Positions 50,574-61,689 of a DNA stretch of 64,000 bases are shown piece by piece. The notes beneath the pieces are model-generated. The model saw only the letters and a program-made list of their open reading frames with translations. It did no database searches and had not been told where the DNA came from. The first letter of the stretch is position 1, and every line of letters begins with the position of its first letter. The translations under genes and the position numbers were made by a program. The stretch is from Thalassoroseus pseudoceratinae (GTDB lineage: Bacteria > Planctomycetota > Planctomycetia > Planctomycetales > Planctomycetaceae). Location of the stretch: contig NZ_JAALXT010000001.1 of the NCBI RefSeq assembly GCF_011634775.1, positions 1,071,125 to 1,135,124 on the forward strand, given 5' to 3'.

Positions 50574-52073
50574 ATGTGTGGATTCGTTTGTTTGTGGAAC
50601 ATCGACGACGAAACCCTTGCCCAGCGGATGATTGAAAGCATCGCCCACCGTGGTCCTGATGAAGTCCAAGTTTACCGCTCGGAGAATGTCCCGGCGGTGA
50701 TGGCACACTGTCGACTTTCGATCATCGGTACCCAGAACGGTCGCCAACCGATCGACAACGCCAACAATATTTTGGTGGCGAACGGAGAGATTTATAATCA
50801 CGCCGATCTGCGGGCGATCCTCGGCGAAAGTGCATTTGAAACCGAAAGCGATAGCGAAACGATTTTGCATCTCTTTCGCTCCGACCAACTCCGCTGGGTG
50901 GCTCGGTTGGATGGTATGTTCGCATTCGTCCTCGCGACGAAAGATCGGGTTATTGCCGCTCGCGATCCATTGGGAATCAAACCGCTTTATGTGGCCGAAT
51001 TTGAAGAGGGCCTGGCGTTCGCGTCCGAATTGAAGGCGTTCGACGGTCTCGGATTGAAGTCGATCCAGGCCATCAAACCCGGTGGCATGTTCGACAGCAT
51101 CGACGGTTTCCGCCAATGGTCACGAATTCCGCATGGTGCCGCCGACATCGATCCCGGTGTAAACATCGAGGCGATTTACCGTGAACTTCGGTTGGTCTTG
51201 GAAGACGCTGTTCGGAAATGGATGGTCGCCGATGTTGAAGTAGGTTCGTTTCTTTCCGGCGGGCTGGACTCCTCGATTATTGCGGCTCTCGCGGCAAAGG
51301 CCATCGATCGACCATTGAAAACGTTTTCGGTCGGTGTGGAAGGCAGTCCCGATTTGCTCGCTGCGAGACAAGTCGCCGAACACATCGGAGCCGATCACTA
51401 CGAGTTGACGTTCACACCGCAAGACCTGGCGGATGCGTTGCCGCACGTGATCTATCACTTGGAGAGTGCCGACGTGGACCTCGTCCGCAGCGCAATGCCG
51501 ACGCACTTCGCCACCACGCTGGCCCGCCGACATGTGAAAGCCACGCTCACCGGCGAAGGAGCCGACGAGTTATTCGCCGGCTATGCGTACCATCACGATT
51601 ACGCGACGGCCCCCCGCGAACTCGCCGAGGAACTCACACGGTCGTTGCAGTCGATGCACAACATCAATTTGCAACGGGTCGATCGCATCACAATGGCTCA
51701 GGGACTCGAAGCCCGCACGCCATTTCTGGATCGCGATTTGATCGACTTCGCCCAGTCGATTCCCGCATCCCTCAAAATGCGGGTCACCGACGAAGCCACC
51801 GGCAAGACAGTTGAAAAGTGGATTCTCCGCAAAGCCTGCGAGGACTTGTTGCCCCCAGAACTGGTTTGGCGGGAGAAGGCCCAATTCGACGAAGGCACCG
51901 GTACGGTCGGTGTGCTCGATCAAGCGTTAGGTTTGGTCGCTAACTCTCCGACACCGATTAGTCGCGAAACCGAAGCGGCGATCTACGAGCAAATTCTTCG
52001 CGAGCAGTTCAAAGACCCCGACTTCATTCTCGAAAACGCGGGAACCTGGACCGACAATCGTGTGGCTCACTGA
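50574..52073 (+). CDS. asnB: asparagine synthase (glutamine-hydrolysing)
   Basis: N-terminal MCGF nucleophile, GATase-2 domain, and PP-loop SFLSGGLDSS. Confidence 0.85.
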   Translation: MCGFVCLWNIDDETLAQRMIESIAHRGPDEVQVYRSENVPAVMAHCRLSIIGTQNGRQPIDNANNILVANGEIYNHADLRAILGESAFETESDSETILHLFRSDQLRWVARLDGMFAFVLATKDRVIAARDPLGIKPLYVAEFEEGLAFASELKAFDGLGLKSIQAIKPGGMFDSIDGFRQWSRIPHGAADIDPGVNIEAIYRELRLVLEDAVRKWMVADVEVGSFLSGGLDSSIIAALAAKAIDRPLKTFSVGVEGSPDLLAARQVAEHIGADHYELTFTPQDLADALPHVIYHLESADVDLVRSAMPTHFATTLARRHVKATLTGEGADELFAGYAYHHDYATAPRELAEELTRSLQSMHNINLQRVDRITMAQGLEARTPFLDRDLIDFAQSIPASLKMRVTDEATGKTVEKWILRKACEDLLPPELVWREKAQFDEGTGTVGVLDQALGLVANSPTPISRETEAAIYEQILREQFKDPDFILENAGTWTDNRVAH

Positions 52074-52168
52074 TCAACAGAAGTCACGGACGCAAAAAAG
52101 GGCAGTCGTCTTGAAGACCAAGACGCTGCCCTTGCTGATTCTTCGAATGTTACCCCGTAGTGTTTGGC

Positions 52169-53215
52169 TTAGAAGTCTTGCACGACTTCACCGGAGCTCT
52201 TGCTTCCCAATGCCCCCCATACGCCGTAGGGACTTTGTCCACCGAAGCTGGCAGAACTTTGCGAAACACCTAGGTTTCCGGTGTTGATTGTCTCGCTGAT
52301 GAAGCGAACCGAAGCATCGCACATCAACGCATTCACACCACCCGAGTGACGGCTACTGGCTGGCAGCAAGACGTTGACCGAGTCGGCATTCACATTGGCA
52401 TCATCAGTGCACCCAGGTGAGTTGGGAGGCAAAACGGTGTTGAACGCACAGCGTTCCGGTTGACCGTCCCACAAGGAAGTTCCAAAGCGGCCTTTGACGT
52501 TGCTGGGCGTGACAAAGGTGTTCCCGGAAGTCAGCGAAAGACAATTCACAGGCGGATTGATGGTGGCACTCGTCGCGGTTCCTTCGATCGGCTGTGCACC
52601 ATTGTTGCCACCGATTCCGAAGTTGGCTTTCACGCGTTCGCTCATCATTATGGTATTGCTGGTTCCATCGGTGATGTCACCCATCCGCGTTGAAGTCCGA
52701 AACATGAAAATGCCGCGAAGGTTGCTGGTGTCGCGGATGTTCATGTGGCTATCGCCAACGCTGAATGCGTAGTTGGTCTGACGAACACCTTCCGGATACG
52801 CGTCGGACGGGCAAAGAAGACCGTCGATCTTCACGTTCCAAACTGACCACCCAGACCATGCGGTTGGTCCACCAGGAGGTGTGGAAGCGTCTCCTGCTTG
52901 GATTTGCTTGAACAAGTTGTCTTGCTCGATGAAAGGCAACAAACCGTAGAAACCGCTCAAGCGGTTGCTGTTGGTTGCCGTACCGTATTTCCGAGGGACG
53001 AATCCACCGTGGGTATCGTGATAGTTGTGCAACGCGATGCCGAGTTGCTTCAAGTTGTTCTTGCATTGTGTTCGGCGAGCAGCTTCACGGGCCTGTTGAA
53101 CGGCAGGCAAGAGCAGGGCGATCAGAATGGCGATGATGGCAATGACCACCAGCAATTCGATCAAGGTGAATCCGCGACGCAAGGGGCGGGTGGACATAGA
53201 CTCTCTCCAAATCAA
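52169..53215 (-). CDS. DUF1559 protein with prepilin-type N-terminal cleavage/methylation signal (probable start Met 53197)
   Basis: [59 protein letters not shown] is the canonical planctomycete DUF1559 / H-X9-DG N-terminus. Confidence 0.85.
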   Translation of the reverse strand: MIWRESMSTRPLRRGFTLIELLVVIAIIAILIALLLPAVQQAREAARRTQCKNNLKQLGIALHNYHDTHGGFVPRKYGTATNSNRLSGFYGLLPFIEQDNLFKQIQAGDASTPPGGPTAWSGWSVWNVKIDGLLCPSDAYPEGVRQTNYAFSVGDSHMNIRDTSNLRGIFMFRTSTRMGDITDGTSNTIMMSERVKANFGIGGNNGAQPIEGTATSATINPPVNCLSLTSGNTFVTPSNVKGRFGTSLWDGQPERCAFNTVLPPNSPGCTDDANVNADSVNVLLPASSRHSGGVNALMCDASVRFISETINTGNLGVSQSSASFGGQSPYGVWGALGSKSSGEVVQDF

Positions 53216-53505
53216 GAAGGAAGGAACAGAGGGAGTGATTCCCTCGACTATTGGTGGGACTCGTACACTCCGGCTCGGAGGGTTTGGTCTGTGTGGAAAC
53301 CAAGTGTGAGCCGTTAGGTTGGTGGCTTCGTCTGTGCTCGCCGGACGACATCCAAGTGTGTAGGAAGGGGATGTCGTGGAATCGAATCCAAACTGGTCAC
53401 TGCATTTTCCGTCTCACCCTGGCCAAGATGGATTGGAAAAATCTATAACAGTGATACGAAATCTTCATAAATATTTTAGAACTCGTATCCCACAAAATTC
53501 AAGAG

Positions 53506-53991
53506 GTGAAAATGTTAAAACTTCAACTCATGCTGATGAGTACTGTGTGTCTGGCCATTTCCAGTGGTTGCGGTGGATCGCCGGAAGTTCCGGGCCGCCC
53601 CAAAACGACGCCGGTTTCGATTACGGTCACACAGGGAGGAGAACCAGTCGAGGGGGCTACGGTCGCTTTTATTCCGACCGATCCAGCGAATGGCCATGCG
53701 GGTTCTGCGATCACTGATGATCAAGGGCAAGCAGAGCCACGGACCTTTGAACAGGGCGACGGCTTGGTTCCCGGGGCGTATGTTGTCACGGTCGTTAAGA
53801 AAGACGCACCGTCCCAAACGGGAACTGCGTCAGAAGATGAAAGCGACTATCAACCGCCGGTCCCTGGCCAACCCGCTGCGACGCCCAAGAACCTGTTGCC
53901 GCCGCAGTACGCAGAGCCAGCGAAGTCACCGCTCAAAGCGACAATTCTGGAAACCGATGAGGAACAGGAACTAACCTTCACGATCGAGTAG
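53506..53991 (+). CDS. small lipoprotein with carboxypeptidase-regulatory-like beta domain
   Basis: Lipobox LAISSGC, and a short beta-rich domain (VSITVTQGGEPVEGATVAFIPTD). Typical companion of DUF1559 genes. Confidence 0.5.
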   Translation: MKMLKLQLMLMSTVCLAISSGCGGSPEVPGRPKTTPVSITVTQGGEPVEGATVAFIPTDPANGHAGSAITDDQGQAEPRTFEQGDGLVPGAYVVTVVKKDAPSQTGTASEDESDYQPPVPGQPAATPKNLLPPQYAEPAKSPLKATILETDEEQELTFTIE

Positions 53992-54030
53992 TTCCAAATT
54001 CGCTCTGAAACACATGGCCTCAGCTGGATA

Positions 54031-57000
54031 TCACGCGGCTTGGGCCATGTCGTCCTCGCCGTCTGTGTTGAACTCGCCGTCGTCGCTGACGTCATCGAAG
54101 CGAACGGACATGCGTTTGGACACCCCGGATTGTTCCATCGTCACGCCATAGATGACATCGGAAATGGTCATCGTCGGCTTCTTGTGCGTGATGATGATGA
54201 ACTGCGTTTCGCCCTTGAACTCCTCGACGAGTGCTCCCAATCGCCCGACGTTCGCTTCGTCGAGCGGAGCGTCCACTTCGTCGAGCAGACAGTACGGGCT
54301 CGGTCGCGTTTTGAACAACGCCAACAATAGCGCAAACGCGGTCAGGGCTTTCTCGCCACCACTCATCAGCGAGATGCTCTTGAGATCCTTACCCGGCGGA
54401 CGTGCGATCAATTCGATCCCACATTCGAGCACATCGTTGGGGTCTTCGAGGACGATATCGCCGTCACCCCCACCGAACGCTTTCCGGAATAGGTGTTGGA
54501 AGTGTCCGCGAACCAACTCGAACGTTTCGACGAATAGCCGTTTACTTTCGGTGTTGATTTTCCGCACGATTTCTTCGAGGGCGGCTTTGGCTTCGGTGAG
54601 GTCCGCGAGTTGCGTGCTCATATGAGCGAAGCGGGCCTCCATTTCTTCGAGGTCGCCCAGACTTTCGGTGTCGACGTTGCCCATACTTTTGAGCCGCCGT
54701 CGCAACTTGTCGACTTGCTGCTCGAAACCGTCGCGGAGTTCTTCGAACTCGGGAATCGGTTCTTCGGCAACCGGGGGAGCTTCTTCCGGTTCGTCGAACT
54801 CCTCACCGGATTCCAACTCCACAGATTCATCAATGGACTCATCTGTATCGACGGAATCGTCACCCGCTTGCTGCCAACCGGGATGATTTTCGTTGAGGTA
54901 ATCGTGATACGCCGAGGCATCGGACGCAACAATTTCGTGAAGCTCCAACTGGTATTCTTCGCGGATTCGCTCGGCCATGGATTCGAGCCGTTGACGAATA
55001 TCACGGGCCGACATCTCTTGCAGGTGCTGTTGGTCGTTCAGATCTCGGCGTTCGCTGCGGAGCGTGGTTTCTTCCTTCAAAAAGACGCTCCGGCGTCCGC
55101 GTAAATCGGATTTTTCAGCCATGAGTTGTCGGACACGCGTACCAACGGATTCTTGTTCCAAAGCCAACTCAGCGAGCTGGGCGGACGTGTTCAGCACATG
55201 CAATGTGATATCTTGTCGCTTCGCCATCGCCGCCGCGTAACGTCGTTCGACTTCGTCCCGCTGTTGCAGTCGCGTGGTGCGATCCTCCTCCAACCGCTTG
55301 TACGCCTGCTGCATTCCGGCAAGCCGTTCCTCGTGCTTGACCGTGCTGAGCCGTTCCTCGGTCTTGGTTTTCTCCAAGGTTTGCAGACGGTGCTCCGAAC
55401 GAGCCAAGTCGAATTCCAACTGGCTGATGTTGTTTTGCAAACCTTCGAGTTGTTCTTCCGCAGCCGCGTGAGCCGCTTCGGCTTGCTGCAGTTCCGCGGT
55501 GACTCGTTCTTCGTCGAGTGTGATTTTGTGAACTTCTTCATCCAACGCGTTGAGATCACGCAACAAGCGAGCGAGCTCTTGAGTCTCCGCGTGATAGACG
55601 GCCTTGCATTGATTGTGTTCGTCCGCAGCCTCTTGAAGTGTGTGGTCGATGTCGTCCAGTTCATCGTCGTAGCTCGTCAGCGTGTGAGCCATCCCAGACA
55701 GTTCGTTTTCCCGCTGCTCAATGAGTTCACTGACTTCTTGCAGATCGTATTTCAGTCGTTGCAGTTCACTTTTGCGGGGAATAAGTGCCGTCTCGATTTG
55801 CAATGTACCGACGACCAAATTGCGATCGGCGTCGAGTAACTCGCCTTGCAGCGTGACGAACCGGCAACCATGCCCCGCACCGTTCGCCAACTGCCGGGCG
55901 ACTTGAACAGTTTCGACGACCCAGGTATCCGCCAGCAACCGTAATGGCAGGTCCGCGATCCGTGGTGACTCACTGACCAGAGAATCGGCCCGATAACACA
56001 CACCGGGTTCGCCAGACAGATCCCGTGTGGCGGCGGCGACGGTTTGCCCCGTTTCGTCTTCAGCGACTTCGACCAAAGATTCCGGCGTCAAAGCCGAGAG
56101 ATCTACAAACCCCACGCGGCCGGTGATGTCGCAAACACCGCTCGTCAAATAGTCGACCAGTGAATCGAGATTATCCACAACCAAGTATTGTGAACGTGGC
56201 CCAAGAGCGGCTTCGAGAATCGCAGCGTGCTCCAACTCAACCTCTAGCAGCTCTGCAACGCTGCCATGAATCGTGTTCCAAGGCGGTTGATCGAGAGTGG
56301 CCGCGCGACGCAGAAGTTCCTTCACGCCGACACCCAAACCGTTCTGCCGTCGTTCGAGATCGTCGAGCACATTCTTGCGAGCTTGCCAACCGCTTCGTTG
56401 TTCGCGAAGGTCAGATAGACTCTGCTGATACGAATGCCGATCTTCGAGAAGTTTACGACGTTCGGCATGGAGTTCGTGGACTCGGTCCCCGAGTCGCACC
56501 ACCCGTTCCCCGGATGTCTCCAATTCATCGCGGCGACCGCGGCATTCGTCCTCGCACGCGTTGACGGCTTCCGCGACTCGTGACCGACGTGCCAACACGC
56601 CGACTTTCGACTCGCTCATGGCTTTCAGTTGCTGACGGAACCCGTCCGCGCGACTGGCGGCAACCGACGCTTCCTTCATCTGTTCCAGGAGTTGTTCCCG
56701 ATATTCCTCAACCGTGTCGCGTTCGCTCTGAATCTTGTGATTCAACTCCGCGATTTCCGCGAGACACTGCTCGAGACGGCCTTTGCGTTCGGCGTGTTCT
56801 TGTTCGAATTGCATGAGTTGCGAATGAACGTGGTCAATCTCGCCGATCACCTCCGCCGCCCGCGACGCCAAAAACGTGCGTTGATGCCGCAATCGGTCGA
56901 GTTCGGTTTCCAACTCCTCCAACCGCGAAGATTGGTGCCCAATGGTTGTCTCGTGACCGGCCAGTGTTTCGCGTTGAGCCGAGCTGGCTTGCTCCTCCAC

Positions 57001-57849
57001 ACGTAATCGGTCTTCCACTTCGGCGATATCAACGTCGAGCGCGGAAAGCTGGGATTCCAATTCCTGATGACGGCTGTTGACCTCATCCAATCGGCGTCCG
57101 CACTCGGACAGTTCCGTTTCGAGGTGGGTCAGTTCTTCGGATTGATAGCGATAATCATCCGCAGCCAGACCGAGCCAAAGTTTCTTCAACTCGGCGGACG
57201 TGTCCCGATACTTGGCCGCACGTCCGGCTTGTGTGCGTAGAGAATTGAGGCGGTTTTCGACTTCCTCGACAATGTCCCGCAAACGCAGCAAGTTTTGATC
57301 GACACGTTCCAGCTTCCGCAGGGCATCCGCCTTGCGTGCCTTGAACTTGCTGATTCCGGCGGCTTCTTCAAAGATGACCCGCCGATTCGCTGCGTTGGCT
57401 TGCAGAATTTGATCGACGCGGCCTTGTTCGATGATGTTATACGCCGCGGACCCGGCACCGGTCCCCATCAGCAGACTGCGGATATCCTTTAACCGAGCCG
57501 TTTGTCGATTAATCAGGTATTCCGCATCGCCGTTCCGCCACAACCGTCGACCGATTGCCACTTCACGGGCATCAATTGGCAGAAAGCCGGATGTGTTGTC
57601 GAACGTCAGCGTGGCTTCGGCAAAGTTACTTCCTTTGCGGCCACTGGAGCCGTTGAAGATGACGTCCGTCATCTCTTTGCCGCGAAGACTCTTCGCGCTT
57701 TGATCCCCAAGAATCCACTTGATGCCATCGACAACGTTACTCTTGCCACTACCGTTCGGTCCCACCACGGCGGTAATGCCGGGCGAGAAGTCGAACCGCG
57801 TCTTCTCGGCAAAACTTTTGAAGCCGAAGAGTTCAAGGGATTTCAGCAT
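54031..57849 (-). CDS. smc: chromosome segregation protein SMC
   Basis: N-terminal Walker [10 protein letters not shown], long coiled coils with central hinge, and C-terminal signature [17 protein letters not shown] / Walker [11 protein letters not shown]. 1272 aa. Confidence 0.9.
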   Translation of the reverse strand: MLKSLELFGFKSFAEKTRFDFSPGITAVVGPNGSGKSNVVDGIKWILGDQSAKSLRGKEMTDVIFNGSSGRKGSNFAEATLTFDNTSGFLPIDAREVAIGRRLWRNGDAEYLINRQTARLKDIRSLLMGTGAGSAAYNIIEQGRVDQILQANAANRRVIFEEAAGISKFKARKADALRKLERVDQNLLRLRDIVEEVENRLNSLRTQAGRAAKYRDTSAELKKLWLGLAADDYRYQSEELTHLETELSECGRRLDEVNSRHQELESQLSALDVDIAEVEDRLRVEEQASSAQRETLAGHETTIGHQSSRLEELETELDRLRHQRTFLASRAAEVIGEIDHVHSQLMQFEQEHAERKGRLEQCLAEIAELNHKIQSERDTVEEYREQLLEQMKEASVAASRADGFRQQLKAMSESKVGVLARRSRVAEAVNACEDECRGRRDELETSGERVVRLGDRVHELHAERRKLLEDRHSYQQSLSDLREQRSGWQARKNVLDDLERRQNGLGVGVKELLRRAATLDQPPWNTIHGSVAELLEVELEHAAILEAALGPRSQYLVVDNLDSLVDYLTSGVCDITGRVGFVDLSALTPESLVEVAEDETGQTVAAATRDLSGEPGVCYRADSLVSESPRIADLPLRLLADTWVVETVQVARQLANGAGHGCRFVTLQGELLDADRNLVVGTLQIETALIPRKSELQRLKYDLQEVSELIEQRENELSGMAHTLTSYDDELDDIDHTLQEAADEHNQCKAVYHAETQELARLLRDLNALDEEVHKITLDEERVTAELQQAEAAHAAAEEQLEGLQNNISQLEFDLARSEHRLQTLEKTKTEERLSTVKHEERLAGMQQAYKRLEEDRTTRLQQRDEVERRYAAAMAKRQDITLHVLNTSAQLAELALEQESVGTRVRQLMAEKSDLRGRRSVFLKEETTLRSERRDLNDQQHLQEMSARDIRQRLESMAERIREEYQLELHEIVASDASAYHDYLNENHPGWQQAGDDSVDTDESIDESVELESGEEFDEPEEAPPVAEEPIPEFEELRDGFEQQVDKLRRRLKSMGNVDTESLGDLEEMEARFAHMSTQLADLTEAKAALEEIVRKINTESKRLFVETFELVRGHFQHLFRKAFGGGDGDIVLEDPNDVLECGIELIARPPGKDLKSISLMSGGEKALTAFALLLALFKTRPSPYCLLDEVDAPLDEANVGRLGALVEEFKGETQFIIITHKKPTMTISDVIYGVTMEQSGVSKRMSVRFDDVSDDGEFNTDGEDDMAQAA

Positions 57850-57976
57850 GGTCTGAGTTCAAGACCTGTTCAAGTGATCGCAAGTCAGGTGACAGGGATC
57901 AAGTCGCGGGAATCAGGATAGGCGATGCAGAGTACCTCTGCCGTTCGTATCCCGACTCCCGATCCTTAACTCCTGA

Positions 57977-59974
57977 TCAGTCCGTGTTGAGTTGGGGTTT
58001 GCCCAACAGTCGACGTGGGTCGTACCATTTTCTTTCATCTTGGAGAAGAGCGTTTTCGAGATTCTCGCCTTCTTCGTCGTCGATCGGAGATTTATCAGTC
58101 ACGCTAGCTTGCCCATCTTTCTCATCGAAGGGCAATTCTTCTTCTTCGTCGTCATCTCGGGATTTTCGTTCGCGGGATGATTTTTCTTCGCCAGCTTCAA
58201 ACAGGTTCGGTAGCAAACCGCTTCCACCAACTCGCGAAGAGGATGTTTTCTCGGCATCCCGGTAGTAGATTCGACCCGATTTCGGCAGCGCATCGACTTC
58301 CAGACGACCAACCAAGTTGTGCTGAATATCCGCCTGCGTGAGCAATTGGGCGACGTCTGGATAGGTGGCTCCCATTTCCGTGACGGCACGGACGACGTCC
58401 ACAACACGATTCGGAACTTCCCGTTTTTGATCGGTCCGTCCCACTTGGAATCGGCTGATTTTGACAGTGGAGCTTCCCGGCGACCCGGTCACGAGGATGT
58501 GTCGCCCGGCTCGCAATGCCATCGGAGTTTCAAACTTCTGCCCAGCTCCGAAGATCACAACCTCCGCAATTTTGCGGTTGGTCAGGTGAACCATTGGTTC
58601 GCCCTCTGTATCCAAGGCATGCAACATGAATTGTGCATCCTCGATACTGGGCAACGGTTCGCCTTCGATGAACGGGTCCCGTTTATCCAACACGGACAAT
58701 GCCCGAAACGCCCCGTAACGGGTTTCCGCACTGTCGCTGCTTAGCAAACTTCGGAGACCGACGTGGGCGGTTGCGTCTTCCGTTGCTGCCAGTCCCGCCA
58801 AAGCGTACACACGAAATGCGGGTTCGTCCCGAGCGGCCTCGACAAGAGCATCGATCCCGTCTGGCTCACCCAGATACGTGATCGCCATCGCTGCATGGAA
58901 TCGCACTTCCAAGTCCGGATTTTCCAAAGCGTCTCGGAGAATCGGAATCGAATCCCGCCCGACGGCTTCCAACTCCAACGCCGCCTTCTCCGCAGTCGGT
59001 GGGTTGTTCAACTTGTCAGCAAGTTTCTCCACCCGAACGTGCTTGGCGACATCGGTTTCACGGAAAGCAATGTGCCGAATGGCTTGGAGAAATCGTGGAT
59101 AATTCTCTTTGTAACGCGGTTGCAGTTTGAGTTCGATTCGTTGATGAGTCTTGGCTTCCGCCAGCGGTTCGCGAATACCGGCTCGGTTGTAGCGGTAGAA
59201 GCGTTTTCCAATTCGGTCCGCGATACGGACCGAGTTCCGGAAGCTGGCGAAATCGTTTCGCAGGTACATCGTGAGGTGACGTTCCGTTTTGGAAACGCCC
59301 CCACCGAGAACCCGACCGCGTTTGAGGACACCGGCTAACTCCTCACGATCGCCTTCGCTGGCGGACACCAGAATCGGTCCCGATGCAATCGCGAACTCGC
59401 GACCAGTCATCACACCTTCACCGGGAACGACCGCATGTTCGCTGAGGTACGTTTCGTATAGCCAACCACCATTCAGGCTTTTCGTGTCGTCCTTACCGGG
59501 AACCCGAACTTCCACGTCGAACCGATCGCCCTTGGCAACCAACGGTGGAAGATAGGCCCGGACCACAACCAATGCCGTATCGGGCGATGCAAGCAACTGG
59601 TTCGGGTTCTTGATATCGCGACGCCGCATCTCGTCGAGGAGCGCCTCACGATAGTGTGATGGAGCCGGGTCACCGCCATTGCCATCCAGACCGACAACCA
59701 GACCCACACCTTCCAAGGTAATGAAATGCAATCCTTCGATCGTGGTGTAGTCACCCACCATCGGAGTTTCGATTGTGGTTTCGAGTGTGAGATCTTCGTC
59801 AGGGCTCTGCGAGCGGGCGAATAGACCATCATCAAATGGGTTGACCGTTTTCAACGCGGTCGACATCGACGGTCCACGTAACGGATCACCTCCGCATCCA
59901 GCCGCTAGAAGCACAAGCGTGATCCACACGAAACCCCTGGTTGAACGTGGCAACCGACTAGAACAATGGCGCAT
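57977..59974 (-). CDS. flgI: flagellar P-ring protein FlgI homolog with inserted HEAT-repeat module and acidic C-terminal tail
   Basis: N-region GVGLVVGLDGNGGDPAPS...ALVVVRAYLPPLVAKGDRFDVEV...SLNGGWL and C-region VVDVVRAVTEMGATYPDVAQLLTQADIQHNLVGRLEVDA align with the FlgI N- and C-terminal conserved blocks. The middle ~150 aa are HEAT/PBS-type repeats (ALENPDLEVRFHAAMAITYLG). Lipoprotein-like signal (LLAAGCGG). 665 aa versus ~370 for canonical FlgI. Confidence 0.6.
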   Translation of the reverse strand: MRHCSSRLPRSTRGFVWITLVLLAAGCGGDPLRGPSMSTALKTVNPFDDGLFARSQSPDEDLTLETTIETPMVGDYTTIEGLHFITLEGVGLVVGLDGNGGDPAPSHYREALLDEMRRRDIKNPNQLLASPDTALVVVRAYLPPLVAKGDRFDVEVRVPGKDDTKSLNGGWLYETYLSEHAVVPGEGVMTGREFAIASGPILVSASEGDREELAGVLKRGRVLGGGVSKTERHLTMYLRNDFASFRNSVRIADRIGKRFYRYNRAGIREPLAEAKTHQRIELKLQPRYKENYPRFLQAIRHIAFRETDVAKHVRVEKLADKLNNPPTAEKAALELEAVGRDSIPILRDALENPDLEVRFHAAMAITYLGEPDGIDALVEAARDEPAFRVYALAGLAATEDATAHVGLRSLLSSDSAETRYGAFRALSVLDKRDPFIEGEPLPSIEDAQFMLHALDTEGEPMVHLTNRKIAEVVIFGAGQKFETPMALRAGRHILVTGSPGSSTVKISRFQVGRTDQKREVPNRVVDVVRAVTEMGATYPDVAQLLTQADIQHNLVGRLEVDALPKSGRIYYRDAEKTSSSRVGGSGLLPNLFEAGEEKSSRERKSRDDDEEEELPFDEKDGQASVTDKSPIDDEEGENLENALLQDERKWYDPRRLLGKPQLNTD

Positions 59975-60166
59975 GGAACACGAGTCCTTTCGTGTCGAGA
60001 CCGCTGGCCCGGATCCGCATGTTTAGCTAGTCGTGACAGAACGTCACCACCGGCTACACGAATTGGGGTTCGCATCCGATGAGATCGAATCGAGATGTAC
60101 TGGAGAAGAGAGAGGGCGGGAGAATAGAAACCCTCTCGCAATCGGTCAACCGCAGTTTTTTGACTG

Positions 60167-61180
60167 CTACTTGATTTCGTTTTTCCTGCGAATCGTCATA
60201 AAGATAATGTTGTTGTTTTCCTCGGATTCTAATGCGACGGATTGAATTTCTTCCTCGGGAATATCCAATGTCATGCCGATCATTTCTTGCCGTGTGCGAT
60301 AGATCAGCTTCCAATCCATGATGGCTTCCATATAGCCGATATCATGAATGCCGGGCAGGAAGTTCGCGACAATCAACCGCCCACCTGGTCGCAACATCTC
60401 AAAGGCTTTGGTTACTAACCGTCGACCGATCTTCTCGTTGAGATAGTCAAACAACCCCAATGAGTAAATAAGGTCGAACCGACCGGCATCGACCGTCCCT
60501 TTGAGGAGACTCATCAGAGGCTCGGCGATGGTTTCGACACCGTAGCGTCCGTACCGCGTTTCGACTTCGTTCAGGCTTTGGGGATCGGCATCGAGTGCCA
60601 CGACTCGACCGAAACGTCGCCGCCGAATCGCTGCCGACATTTCCGCTTCGCGAAAGTGTCCAGAGGCAATCGACAAGACATGCGGACGTGTTGTCTCGAA
60701 TGCCGCCAAATCGAGAACATCCGCGATGTATCCCCGGCGTGCCCGCACTCCTGCAGATGCCGGTGCCAAGGTGGTGTAGTCGAAGATCTGTTTGCCCAAT
60801 GCCGTACATTCAGGCAACGGCCAGTAGTCTTCTTGGCCGTAGATGTAATCGAGCATGACTGCATCACCCGCGTACTTCCGCGGTTTGTAGAACGCTCGAT
60901 GCGTGAACGGGTCCTCATGCAATAAGGTCAACACCGGGTGTGATCGGCATATTTGTACACATTGCTGCCAAGTTTTTTCATCCAATTCCAACTTGAGGGT
61001 TTGCAAGCTCGTGAAAAGCAGTTCTAAGCAATCCCGAACGCGATTTTCGTCAATTAGCCACCGAAGTGCAGTGTCTAATTGTGTCGATAGTTCATGTAAC
61101 TGGGGATGCATCGGAAATTCATTAGGTCGATCAAGTGCGGATGATGACTTCGTTGAAACACTGCGGAGAGGGGTACTCAT
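60167..61180 (-). CDS. class I SAM-dependent methyltransferase
   Basis: Methyltransferase motif I region (VLSIASGHFREAE) and acidic post-I / motif II (VVALDADP...FDLIYS). 337 aa. Confidence 0.7.
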   Translation of the reverse strand: MSTPLRSVSTKSSSALDRPNEFPMHPQLHELSTQLDTALRWLIDENRVRDCLELLFTSLQTLKLELDEKTWQQCVQICRSHPVLTLLHEDPFTHRAFYKPRKYAGDAVMLDYIYGQEDYWPLPECTALGKQIFDYTTLAPASAGVRARRGYIADVLDLAAFETTRPHVLSIASGHFREAEMSAAIRRRRFGRVVALDADPQSLNEVETRYGRYGVETIAEPLMSLLKGTVDAGRFDLIYSLGLFDYLNEKIGRRLVTKAFEMLRPGGRLIVANFLPGIHDIGYMEAIMDWKLIYRTRQEMIGMTLDIPEEEIQSVALESEENNNIIFMTIRRKNEIK

Positions 61181-61476
61181 CGTCAGTCCTTATGACATTT
61201 CGGCCCGACAGAATTAGTAAAAATACTGATAGCTCATCTTACCGAGAATTCTCGCGCAGTCAAAACTTTTAACCCCATAAACATTAAACACTTACGAACA
61301 AAACACAGTGCGAATTTTACGTAAACTTTGCGTGCTACAAGCGTTCTTCCAGTGAGAACACGATTCAAACGTATGCATACTTACGGATTGCAGGTTCAAG
61401 CCTTGAGGTGGTCTTCCACCATCGGGGAATCGTGATTGGAAATCATCACAATCCGAAAAAGCACTCACAGATAGGG

Positions 61477-61524
61477 GAAACCCCGGGGTTTCTGGCAATG
61501 TGTTGCCGTTTTGCAACGCATTGT
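61477..61524. promoter_or_regulatory. paired palindromic elements in AT-rich divergent intergenic region (candidate operator/regulatory site)
   Basis: Perfect 16-nt palindrome gaaaccccggggtttc (61477-61492) is followed immediately by imperfect hairpin gcaatgtgttgc-cgtttt-gcaacgcattg (61495-61523). It lies about 170 nt upstream of the pseudokinase-STAND gene. Confidence 0.3.
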
Positions 61525-61689
61525 GGCGATTCTGAAACTTGAATCTGTGTATTGCGAAGCTGCATTCGATCGTCTTCGATGCTGCGCAGTCATTGAGAAA
61601 AGATTTGCCCGACGCGTTGACGTCTGGCGTCTCCAAGCGACACCACTCGACTTTCGATCCACTTGCCGAAATCTACCCCGAGGACAACC

